Shown here piece by piece: positions 19,300 through 28,101 of a DNA stretch of 64,000 nucleotides; positions within the stretch are counted from its first letter, which is position 1; the number at the start of each line of letters is the position of its first letter. The stretch covers positions 64,001-128,000 of the forward strand of contig JBFMAF010000024.1 of NCBI GenBank assembly GCA_040755995.1, written 5' to 3'. The position numbers were made by a program, and so were the translations under genes. Under the pieces are notes generated by a model that saw only the letters and a program-made list of their open reading frames with translations, searched no databases and was not told the DNA's origin. This stretch comes from Acidobacteriota bacterium (GTDB taxonomy: Bacteria; Acidobacteriota; CAIWXX01).

Positions 19300-19489
19300 G
19301 GCAGAACGGCGTGACGGACGGGAGTGTGCCGGTTCGTGGGATCCGGTCATGAACCAGGGGAGGTGGCGCAGGCTGTGGCTCCTCTCGCTCGATGCCATTC
19401 ATCCGCCGCATTGACAGCGGTGTTATTCTTGGCCCTGGCGGGTCTCGAGCGAGTGGCACGAGCCTGAATAACCGGCAGAGGAGAATATC

Positions 19490-20545
19490 GTGTCGCGCCT
19501 GGAATGGATGGAGAGAGTCGACCTGCTATGGTCGATGCTGCTGAAGGGGCCCGTCTCACTACAGAGTTTCACCGGGCGTCTCAAAGAGGAGGGGCTCTCT
19601 GAGAGGGGGCTCTCCCGACACGGGTTCTACCGGATGATCGCGATTCTGAGGCAGCGACACAGGGCCGAGATATCGTTCATCCAAAGCGGCCCGCGTAGAG
19701 GCTGCTGGAGTCTCAACCGCGACGATCCCGTCGCCAGAGTCCACGATGTCTCCGGCCTCTATCACAGCAGCGCCGAGCTTTTCGCATTCCTCGCCGTCTA
19801 CAGGTATCTGCAGAGTCTCCATCCCCTTACCGGCGAAGCAGCGGAAGACTCGGCCGTGTCGGAGATGGTCGAAACGATCGAACGACGCTTCAAGACGCAC
19901 CCGCGGCTGAGCCGGAACCTGAAGCGCCGGGTCAGAATTCTGCCGCTCGGCTCGGTCCCGTTCAACATAGACTGCTTCCACGCCGTCTCTCGAGCCCTCT
20001 TCGGCCGCAACAGACTGCACATCGAATACCGAAGCCTGCAGGACGGCCACCAGAGCGAACGCGTGATCTCGCCGCAACGACTCGTCTACTACCGCGACAA
20101 CTGGTATCTGGACGCATGGTGCCACGAGAAGAACGCGCTCCGCACTTTCGAGGCCGGCGGCATCCTGAGCGCCACGGTCCTCGATGACGACCTGCCAGCC
20201 AAGGAGATCAGCGACCGCGACCTGGACGATGTTCTTACCGCGGGCTACGGGATCTTCATGGGAAGCGGCACGAAGGAAGCCCGTCTGAGGTTCTCCTGGC
20301 CGGCCTCACTCCGCGTCTCGATGATGAACTGGCACCCGAATCAGAAAATCGAGAAGATTCCCGACGACCGGTCCGAACCGTTCGACTGCATTCTGACGCT
20401 GCGATACTCGAACGACCCGGAGCTCATCTCCGACATCTTGCGCTTCGGACCACAGGCCGAAGTGCTCGAGCCTCCGGAGCTGCGCCAGAAGATCGAGAGG
20501 AGCCTGCGGGCGGCGCGCACGACCTATAGCCGCCGTAGTTCATGA
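19490..20545 (+). CDS. HTH-WYL-WCX transcriptional regulator
   Basis: RVISPQRLVYYRDNWYLDAWC...LRTF; WHPNQ; ILRFGPQAEVLEPPELR. Confidence 0.92.
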   Translation: MSRLEWMERVDLLWSMLLKGPVSLQSFTGRLKEEGLSERGLSRHGFYRMIAILRQRHRAEISFIQSGPRRGCWSLNRDDPVARVHDVSGLYHSSAELFAFLAVYRYLQSLHPLTGEAAEDSAVSEMVETIERRFKTHPRLSRNLKRRVRILPLGSVPFNIDCFHAVSRALFGRNRLHIEYRSLQDGHQSERVISPQRLVYYRDNWYLDAWCHEKNALRTFEAGGILSATVLDDDLPAKEISDRDLDDVLTAGYGIFMGSGTKEARLRFSWPASLRVSMMNWHPNQKIEKIPDDRSEPFDCILTLRYSNDPELISDILRFGPQAEVLEPPELRQKIERSLRAARTTYSRRSS

Positions 20546-20566
20546 CGCGTCCGGCAATCTGGTTCC
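20370..20566 (+). repeat. 197-bp direct repeat, copy 1 (3' end of the WYL gene plus 21 bp downstream)
   Basis: Matches 21906-22102 with 5 mismatches by manual alignment. Confidence 0.95.
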
Positions 20567-20697
20567 GATCCGCATGATGCGGGCCTCTCCTACGGAATGT
20601 GGGCCTTGACTGCTTCCCGGGGACATCGTCATTTCCAGCCGTGTTCGATGGCATCGGTCTGGCAATACTGCGATAATGCGATTTCGCGTCACTTGCC

Positions 20698-21519
20698 ATG
20701 GAGAAGAGAGAACAGATGAGACTCAAGCTCGATCGGCCCATCGCCTTCCTGGACATCGAGGCGACGGGCAAAAATGCGGTTACCGAACGCCTCATCGACC
20801 TGGCCGTGATCAAGGTGCATCCAGACGGCAAACTGGAGAAGCACTACTGGCGCGTCAACCCGGAGCGGCCGATTCCGGCCGAGGCCACCGCGATCCACCG
20901 CATCAGGGACAAGGACGTCGCCGGCAAGCCCATCTTCAAGGCCGTCGCCAGACAGATAGCAGCGGTCCTGGAGGGCTGCGACCTCGGCGGGTTTGGCATC
21001 ATCCGGTTCGACGTCCCGATGCTGGCCGCGGAGTTCAAGCGAGCCGGGATGGACTTCGCGCTCAAGGACGCGCGAATCGTCGATGCCCTGGCCATCTTCC
21101 ACCAACGGGAGCGGCGGGACCTGCGTGCCGCCGTGAAGTTCTATCTCGAGCAAGACTTTCCGGGTGCGCACGGCGCCGTCGAAGATGCCGAGGCGGCGCT
21201 GAGGGTGCTTGAGGCGCAGCTCGACCGTTATCCCGACCTGCCGGCCGAGGTCGACGGCCTCGATACGCTGTACAATCCTCGGGACCCCAACGCCGTCGAC
21301 CTGGAAGGCAGGCTCGTGTGGGTCGGAGACGATGTCACGATCGGCTTCGGCAAGTACAAGGGGAAGACTCTGCGCGAGCTCGCCAAGGACGACCCCCACT
21401 TCCTCCAGTGGATCCTCAAGAAGGAGTTCTCCGACGAGGTCAAAGGCATCGTCCAGGATGCCCTCGAAGGGCGATTCCCGAGTCGATCCTCCGGCAACGG
21501 CGGAGAGATTCCGTCTTGA
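20698..21519 (+). CDS. DEDDh 3'-5' exonuclease (DnaQ/ExoX-like)
   Basis: FLDIEATG, RFDVPML, HGAVEDA; C-terminal FGKYKG...FLQWIL domain. Confidence 0.9.
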   Translation: MEKREQMRLKLDRPIAFLDIEATGKNAVTERLIDLAVIKVHPDGKLEKHYWRVNPERPIPAEATAIHRIRDKDVAGKPIFKAVARQIAAVLEGCDLGGFGIIRFDVPMLAAEFKRAGMDFALKDARIVDALAIFHQRERRDLRAAVKFYLEQDFPGAHGAVEDAEAALRVLEAQLDRYPDLPAEVDGLDTLYNPRDPNAVDLEGRLVWVGDDVTIGFGKYKGKTLRELAKDDPHFLQWILKKEFSDEVKGIVQDALEGRFPSRSSGNGGEIPS

Positions 21520-21555
21520 GGTAACAGATGGTGTGTCAGGAGCACGTCCACCGTC

Positions 21556-21768
21556 ATGAGCTATGCCGGCGACTGCGGGCTGGAAAGTCTCCAGCCGCAC
21601 AGCGACGACTATTTCCACGTGGTCAGCCTGGACGAGATCAATGAACGCATCGACATCTCCGGCCGAGATTTCACCATGGCGCAGAAAGAAACCCCCAGGC
21701 AGCCCTCCGCCGCAAACGATTTGAGCCCGGGCGTGCCGGAGGTTCGGCAATGCCGATCCGCACCCTGA
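21556..21768 (+). CDS. Small hypothetical protein or gene remnant
   Basis: 70-aa ORF whose end overlaps the next remnant; no recognisable motif. Confidence 0.3.
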   Translation: MSYAGDCGLESLQPHSDDYFHVVSLDEINERIDISGRDFTMAQKETPRQPSAANDLSPGVPEVRQCRSAP

Positions 21769-21900
21769 TCGTCGACGACGAACTCATCGCGCGACGCGGA
21801 ATCCGGAGGAACCTGAGCCGCGAGCCGGATAATTCCTACGGATCAGCCGATCGATCATCGTCAACACCCGGCGCATCAAGGAGCTGAACCCGCTACTCGC
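21750..21900 (+). pseudogene. Collapsed LytTR-family response regulator remnant
   Basis: RBS GGAGG, then [27 protein letters not shown] (receiver start), then in another frame FLRISRSIIVNTRRIKELNP (LytTR signature). Confidence 0.75.
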
Positions 21901-21905
21901 CGCCG

Positions 21906-22102
21906 GGTCCGAACCGTTCGACTGCATTCTGACGCTGCGATACTCGAACGACCCGGAGCTCATCTCCGACATATTGCGTTTCGGACCACAGGCCGAAGTG
22001 CTCGAGCCTCCGGAGCTGCGCCAGAAGATCGAGAAGAGCCTGCGGGCGGCGCGCACGACCTATAGCCGCCGTAAGTCATGACGCGTCCGGCAATCTGGTT
22101 CC
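21906..22102 (+). repeat. 197-bp direct repeat, copy 2 (orphan WYL C-terminal fragment)
   Basis: Near-identical to 20370-20566 at an offset of 1536 bp. Confidence 0.95.
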
Positions 22103-22336
22103 TACAACTCGCTGACATCGCGCTTCGATGCTGGATACGATTTCGATACAGCGCGTGCATACACTACTTCCAGGAGCCATGAATGAAGGCGACAGACCGG
22201 GCGCAGGTGCCTGAGACGCAGGAACTGGAGGCATGATCCGTAGTGTCGTGCGTGAGCCCCGGGGGTTGGTGCGCTTTCCGGGGTTGAACCTCCCGCCCGT
22301 TCCGCCGCATCTGAGGGCGCACAGCAAGGAGGAGTC

Positions 22337-22525
22337 ATGACAGAAGCAATCTTCGCAACGCTTGTCCTCGTTTCAGCGACGGCTCTCGCCGCCTGCATCG
22401 CCTGGGTCGTCATGAGGTTCCGGATCACCTCCGGAGCTGACCGGGCAATTGTCGCAAACCGGCCCCAATGCACCGCCTCCGGCGGGTCGCTCCAAGACGC
22501 GGGCATGAAGATGAACCTGGGCTAG
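22337..22525 (+). CDS. Small single-TM hypothetical protein
   Basis: Strong RBS AAGGAGGAG; hydrophobic N-terminus. Confidence 0.45.
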   Translation: MTEAIFATLVLVSATALAACIAWVVMRFRITSGADRAIVANRPQCTASGGSLQDAGMKMNLG

Positions 22526-22563
22526 CAGCGCTCGCTCTGGATTCGCGGAGCACGTAAAGAGCC

Positions 22564-23949
22564 ATGGAAGTCCTGTGGGCCATCGGACTCGCAGTCCTGT
22601 TGCTCGCCTCGGTCGCCCAGGTGCTGGCTCTGAGGCGGCGGCTGGAATCCGGACTTTCGTCGGTGATCGCCAGGCTCGAGTCGGTCGAAAAAGCATCCGA
22701 GCGTGGAGAACGCGCGGTGCGAGAGGAGAGCATCTGGAGCAGGGAGGAGTCGAGCCGGCAGGCGCGCTCTCTGCGCGAGGAGCTCGCGGCCACGCTCAAG
22801 GGAGTGAGCGACACGCTCGTCAGGGCGACCGGGGAGATGCTCGCTTCGGGACGAGACCAGCTCGATAGGTTCGCAGCTCAGATCGCCAGGCTCACCGAGT
22901 CGAATGAACGGAAGCTGGAGGAGATGCGGAGCACACTTGAGCAGAAGCTGGTGAGACTTCAGGAGGACAACTCCCGAAAACTGGACGAGATGCGAAAGAC
23001 GGTGGACGAGAAGCTCGAGTCTACGCTGCACAAGCGGCTCGGAGAATCGTTCGGGCTGGTCAGCGAGCGTCTCGAGCAGGTGCACAAAGGTCTGGGTGAG
23101 ATGCAGGCGCTCGCGAGCGGCGTCGGCGATCTCAAGAAGGTGTTGACCAACGTCAAGGCGCGAGGCACCTGGGGCGAAATCCAGCTCGGCAACCTGCTGG
23201 AGCAGGTTCTGAGCCCCGAGCAGTACTCGAGAAACGTTGTGACCAAGGAAGGGAGCGGCGAGCGGGTGGACTTCGTCGTCAATCTGCCGGGACGAGACGA
23301 AATGGAAGGGCAGACTGTCTGGCTGCCGATCGACGCCAAGTTCCCGAAGGAGGACTTCGAGCGTATGGTGGACGCATCGGAGAGGGGCGATGCGCAGGGG
23401 GTCGAGGACGCCGGCTGCAGGCTCGAATCGCAGCTCAGGAGCTCGGCCAGGGAGATTCAGGAGAAGTACCTGAACCCGCCGAGAACAACCGATTTCGGCG
23501 TCATGTTTCTGCCGTCCGAGGGCCTGTACGCGGAGGTCCTGCGCCGGCCGGGTCTGGTCGAGCAGCTGCAGCGAGACTGTCGCATCAGTATCGCAGGCCC
23601 GACAACACTGGCCGCCCTGCTGAACAGCCTCCAGATGGGCTTCCGCACGCTCGCCATCCAGAAACGGGCAGGCGAGGTCTGGACAGTGCTCGGGACAGTG
23701 AAGACCGAGTTCGAAAGATTCGGCGATGTGATCGGCAAGGTGCAGAAGAAGCTGCAGGAAGCAGGCAACGTGATCGACAACGCAGCGGCAAGAACGCGGG
23801 CAATCCAGAGGCAGCTGAATCGTGTGCAGGAGCTTCCGGCCGCCGGCGCATCGGCTCCCCTGGACGCCATGGAGCGAGAGGACAAAGGCGAGGAGCCGGG
23901 GCGGCGAAACGGGACGGAGCGCCCACAGGGCGTCGACCGAATACCGTAG
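22564..23949 (+). CDS. rmuC: DNA recombination protein RmuC
   Basis: N-terminal TM, coiled coil, KARGTWGEIQL, LPIDAKFP, FLPSEGLYAE, GPTTLAALLNSLQMGF. Confidence 0.95.
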   Translation: MEVLWAIGLAVLLLASVAQVLALRRRLESGLSSVIARLESVEKASERGERAVREESIWSREESSRQARSLREELAATLKGVSDTLVRATGEMLASGRDQLDRFAAQIARLTESNERKLEEMRSTLEQKLVRLQEDNSRKLDEMRKTVDEKLESTLHKRLGESFGLVSERLEQVHKGLGEMQALASGVGDLKKVLTNVKARGTWGEIQLGNLLEQVLSPEQYSRNVVTKEGSGERVDFVVNLPGRDEMEGQTVWLPIDAKFPKEDFERMVDASERGDAQGVEDAGCRLESQLRSSAREIQEKYLNPPRTTDFGVMFLPSEGLYAEVLRRPGLVEQLQRDCRISIAGPTTLAALLNSLQMGFRTLAIQKRAGEVWTVLGTVKTEFERFGDVIGKVQKKLQEAGNVIDNAAARTRAIQRQLNRVQELPAAGASAPLDAMEREDKGEEPGRRNGTERPQGVDRIP

Positions 23950-24392
23950 CAGCGCCCGGGCAATCACCAAGCTGACTGCGCGGTGCGAGTTCAGCACGAG
24001 GGGGTGCGATGCGGTGGCATTGCTGCAAGCAGGGCCGCGAGGCTCGTGAACTCGGAGATCCGCAGATGACGCGGAATTCACAGAGGTGGTCCCTCCCTGA
24101 AGGCGATTTCCAATTGCGCAAGCTGTCTTGTGCGAAAAACGACACCGTGCTTCGAAGTTGCCATCGTGAGCCTCCTCTCTCGCTTTGAGCGTAGCCGTCC
24201 AACCGCAGGATCTGAAGTGATGGCCGTCACCATGCGGCGCGAGGGGCCGGCCGCCACGTGCCGCTGCGGTGCCCCAGCCGACTGGCGAACTTCTCGGTTA
24301 CAGCAACAACGACGTGATCGCCGGCGATGTAGAATAGGTTGCGGAGGCGCGGGCGGGGCCGCGCCTCGCTGCTCGGTAGGAAGGAGGCCCTA

Positions 24393-25043
24393 ATGCTTCT
24401 GGGAGACAAGGAGAAGAAACAGCTCGCGGAGCTGTTCGCCCAACTCAAGAACCCGGTGAGGCTTGTGAACTTCACACAGGAGCTCGAGTGCCAGTTCTGC
24501 CACGAGACTCGAACGCTCATGGAAGAAGTGGCTGCTGCTTCGGACAAGATTCGAGTCGAAGTCTACAACTTCCAGATCGACAAGGACATGGTGGAGGCAT
24601 ACAAGATCGACAAGATTCCGGCGACGGTGATCGAAGGGGAGAAGGACTACGGGATCCGGCTCTACGGCATCCCCTCCGGCTACGAATTCACCTCGCTCAT
24701 CGATGCGATCATAGGTGCGTCCAAAGGGGAGAGCGGGTTGAGCGAAAAGACGCGCGGAGCCCTGCGAGGGTTGACCAGCGATGTGCACCTGCAGGTGTTC
24801 GTGACACCCACCTGACCGTACTGCCCGCGAGCCGTGATGCTCGCCAATCGGATGGCAATCGAGAGCGACCGGGTGCGCGCCGACACGATTGAAGCGACCG
24901 AGTTCCCCCACCTCGCGATCAAGTACTCGGTGATGGGAGTTCCGCGGACGGTGATAAACGAATACACGCACATCGAGGGCGCTCAGCGCGAGCCGATGTT
25001 GCTGCAGAAGATACTCGGCGCGGTCGCGTCGAAGGGGGCGTGA
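24393..25043 (+). CDS. Protein-disulfide oxidoreductase (AhpF-NTD/PDO-like), probable selenoprotein (UxxC)
   Basis: First site CQFC; second site VTPT-TGA-PYC at 24813-24815 with the frame continuing through VMGVPRTVIN; hairpin immediately 3' of the TGA. Confidence 0.85.
24822..24857 (+). promoter_or_regulatory. Candidate bacterial SECIS element
   Basis: Stem GCGAGC/GCTCGC (24827-24844) with loop CGTGAT starts 11 nt after the TGA; possible lower stem TGCC/GGCA. Confidence 0.6.
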
Positions 25044-25147
25044 GCATCCGGAACTGGTGCGCGATCGCCGCGCGCAGCTGAGCTCTGTGCGTCCGGTCGA
25101 CCTCTCCCTGCTCTATACAGCGCGACATGAGTCGCGCTGTATGTCCC

Positions 25148-27970
25148 TCAGCTCTCTTCGCTGAACGGGTTGGGCTCGATCCGCGTGTTGACGAGAGCTT
25201 CGAGAGGGTCGAGCTCTTGCGGAGCGTGGGCTGAAGGCTGTGCGGCGTCCGCGGTGTCATCCTCAGCAACGCCGCAGGACTCGCCGTAGTCCAGGACGGT
25301 GACGATGCCGTTGTGCAGCACAAGACACTCCTGCACCGCCGTCTCGGCACGCATCCTGTAACTCTCGATCAGCGCCTGCGTGACGCCCCGGCCGGCCCGG
25401 CCCGGCTGCCGCGCGCGCCGTTCGACAGCATCGCGCGAACAGAGCCGAACGTAGGCGTCCAGTAGCCTGGGGTAGATTATCTCACCGAAGAACGCGTGGA
25501 TGTCCGGGTTCACTTCGCGCGGCACGCGCTTGAGGAAGCCCATGGCCTCGCGGTATTCGCTGGTGAACATCTTCCGATTCGCATCGGCCGACGACACGAG
25601 GATCTGCGTCAGGTGCTCGGCAAGACGAACCCTGAGGGGCTCCTCGGAGAAGACGAGCACGTCCTCCTGAGCGATCGTTCGGACTGAGGTCTTCACGAGA
25701 TCCTGAGCCTCCGGCGGCTCCAGCGGATACAGTCTCATGGTGTAGGGGAGGAGCTTCTCGACAAACAGCCGCCTCTCAGCGAGCCTTGCGGGCAATCTCT
25801 CGGCGTAGTCGTGCTCGCCCACCGCAGGAACGGAGTCCGGCGAGAGCGGCCGAAGGCCTCCCGCCTCTCCTGCCATCAGCTGGTCGACCTGCAGGTTCCC
25901 AAGGCTCAGCAGAAACATCTGCACTGTGCCCAGCGGGCGTTGGATATCCAGGAGGTCCTTCATCGCCTCCCGCGGTGCGCCGCCGCGCGGCCGTTCGAGG
26001 GAGGCGTCGAGGTTTTTCACCAGGACCATCTTGATGCTATCCAGGGCCTGGGAGACCCTCAGCACATGCTCGCCGAAGAACGTATCGTAGTGGCGCTGGA
26101 TGGCCGAGCTCTCGACCAGGCTGCGTACGTCAGGGTCGGCGAGCACTCCACCTCTGAGAGCGAAATAGTCCATGGTCTCGGACGGGGCACCCATCAGGAC
26201 GTCGTGCCTTTCGAGGCGGCGCGTGTACTTCACACCGTCGAGCACGGCATCCCAGCGTGAAGGCTCAGCGCGCAAGAACGCATCCATGCCTATCTTGCGG
26301 AATCCTTCGAGGAGGCGTTGCCACGAGGACGTGCCGCGTGCCGTCGCCGGCAGGGCCAATCCAAGGAACTCGGCGATGAGGGGCAGGAGTTCGGCCGCGG
26401 TCCTCTGCTCCTGTCCCATTTCGATCGAACGTCTGACCTGATAGGTACTGGCCAGGAAGGTATTCAAGCGCGTCTCTTCCCTCAGCGAGATGTCCTTGGT
26501 GACAAGCGATTGCGCGAATCCGCTCATCGAGTTGAGCATGTACGCGGTGGCATCGAGGTGCCGGAGCGCGCTATGGAGACCCTCGAAGGGAGTGTAGTCG
26601 GCCAGAATGTCCGCCAGTTTCGCCTGCAACATCTGGCTCTTCTCCTGATCCTGAAACGGAAGCACGGCGGAGAGGGTCGTCGCCAGGCGATTCCTGATGG
26701 CTTCCAGGGTCGCGGCCGGAGGCAAGGTCCTCAATTGCGCCACCATGCCCTGAAGGTGATTCAGGGTCTCGGGGGTACCGGCCGTGTAGAATTGAGGTAG
26801 AGCGCGCGTCCAGCGTATCACCTGGTAACTCAGATACGCGTGCTCCTCGAAGAGCGCCGTCTCCAGCGCCCGGTCCACGACCTCCCCGATCGCGCGCATA
26901 GCCTCGACGTCCGACTCGATACGGAAATCGTAATCTCGCAGGCTTTCAAGCCGCCGCAAGATGGGCGACACACAGGAGTACGTGAAACAGTCGGCCGGCA
27001 CGTGCGCGATCGCAGCGCGGTGAGTTTCCGCCACAGTCTCCATGATGGCGTCCCTACAGACTCGGCTCATCAGCTCGCGCATCGGGGGCTCCAGCAGCTG
27101 GAACAGCCCCTGGTCCTGGTCTTGCCGTTCGATCAGCTGGCAGATTACGGACGCGAACTCAACTGTTTCCGCAAAGACCGGCACCAGGTGATCGGCGACG
27201 CCCATGAACATGTATGTGTCCGGCGGGCACTGGGATGCGCAGAAGGCCAGAACCTTTCGACGCAGCCGCGGCTCTAGAAACGGAGCCGCCGCGCAAAGCT
27301 GCTCCAGGATCATCTTCGCGAGCCGCAGTTGGTTCTGATCGTCCTGATTCAGCAGGTTGCGGTCGCGCAGGGCAATAGCCACATGACAGGTGTAGGCGAG
27401 CGCCTCGAGCCGCGCAGCACCCTCATCCGCTCCAGCCGAGCCCGCGTGGGCCGATCCGCCCTCGCTCACGGAGCCGCGCAAGAACTCCGAGATTCGGTCC
27501 CTCAGCCCGAGCCGGTCCTGGGAAAACCCGGCGAGCTGTGGTTGACCGGCCAGGAACCCGTCCACCGACCACGCGGCGAGATCCCTGGCACGAATCCCTG
27601 CGGGCGTACCGGGCCGCGCTGCCGGATGTGCATCCTGTGGTGAGGCTTCTTCTCCCGGGGCAACCTCTGCGCGCGCGGGCGCGCCGGTAGGCAGTGCTTC
27701 GGCCTGCTCGCCCGAACGGCTGCGGTGAGTCTCGCCGCTCGGAGACCGCCTGGGCGAATCCTCCGGCGGGCCCTGTTTGCCCCGGCCCCGCGTCCTGGCT
27801 CCAAATCGCTGCACCGCCCTGCCCTCCAACCTGGCGAATCCGCGCGATCCGTGAGAGCGCGCCACCGAGCAGGCATAGCGGACCCGGGTGCCTACGCACA
27901 CCCGGCCTCGCGCCGAAACATCGAACCGTCGCGTTGATTCGTCTCTACGTGGAAGACTATATCTCGACAA
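25148..27970 (-). CDS. Large hypothetical protein, apparently alpha-helical
   Basis: 940-codon open frame with coding-like composition; true start probably downstream of 27970. Confidence 0.7.
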   Translation of the reverse strand: MSRYSLPRRDESTRRFDVSARGRVCVGTRVRYACSVARSHGSRGFARLEGRAVQRFGARTRGRGKQGPPEDSPRRSPSGETHRSRSGEQAEALPTGAPARAEVAPGEEASPQDAHPAARPGTPAGIRARDLAAWSVDGFLAGQPQLAGFSQDRLGLRDRISEFLRGSVSEGGSAHAGSAGADEGAARLEALAYTCHVAIALRDRNLLNQDDQNQLRLAKMILEQLCAAAPFLEPRLRRKVLAFCASQCPPDTYMFMGVADHLVPVFAETVEFASVICQLIERQDQDQGLFQLLEPPMRELMSRVCRDAIMETVAETHRAAIAHVPADCFTYSCVSPILRRLESLRDYDFRIESDVEAMRAIGEVVDRALETALFEEHAYLSYQVIRWTRALPQFYTAGTPETLNHLQGMVAQLRTLPPAATLEAIRNRLATTLSAVLPFQDQEKSQMLQAKLADILADYTPFEGLHSALRHLDATAYMLNSMSGFAQSLVTKDISLREETRLNTFLASTYQVRRSIEMGQEQRTAAELLPLIAEFLGLALPATARGTSSWQRLLEGFRKIGMDAFLRAEPSRWDAVLDGVKYTRRLERHDVLMGAPSETMDYFALRGGVLADPDVRSLVESSAIQRHYDTFFGEHVLRVSQALDSIKMVLVKNLDASLERPRGGAPREAMKDLLDIQRPLGTVQMFLLSLGNLQVDQLMAGEAGGLRPLSPDSVPAVGEHDYAERLPARLAERRLFVEKLLPYTMRLYPLEPPEAQDLVKTSVRTIAQEDVLVFSEEPLRVRLAEHLTQILVSSADANRKMFTSEYREAMGFLKRVPREVNPDIHAFFGEIIYPRLLDAYVRLCSRDAVERRARQPGRAGRGVTQALIESYRMRAETAVQECLVLHNGIVTVLDYGESCGVAEDDTADAAQPSAHAPQELDPLEALVNTRIEPNPFSEES

Positions 27971-28101
27971 CGCCGCGACTTCAACCCCGCATCGCGCCCC
28001 GATCTATCAACTGCCGGCTGACAACTATCAACTCGGCGTTCATATATGGTCGGCTTGAGGTGCGCACAGCGCTTTGCACTCGAACGTGGATTTCCCGTAA
28101 C

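Noticed and set aside
20370..22102. Diversity-generating retroelement (TR/VR pair) reading of the WYL repeat
   Set aside because: Only 3 of the 5 mismatches are at adenines of copy 2, there is no reverse transcriptase in the window, and the target is not a typical DGR domain.
17574..22560. Intact prophage or integrative element at the tRNA
   Set aside because: I found no integrase, no phage genes and no repeat of the tRNA 3' end by eye.
22522..24081. Long antisense or alternate-frame ORFs (this one and e.g. 7566-9062, 30531-32027, 43958-45523)
   Set aside because: They are shadows of real genes in high-GC DNA and have no motifs of their own.
24813..24815. Nonsense pseudogene or two separate genes
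   Set aside because: The TGA sits exactly at a catalytic Cys position, the frame is conserved on both sides and a hairpin follows; Sec recoding is the simpler explanation.
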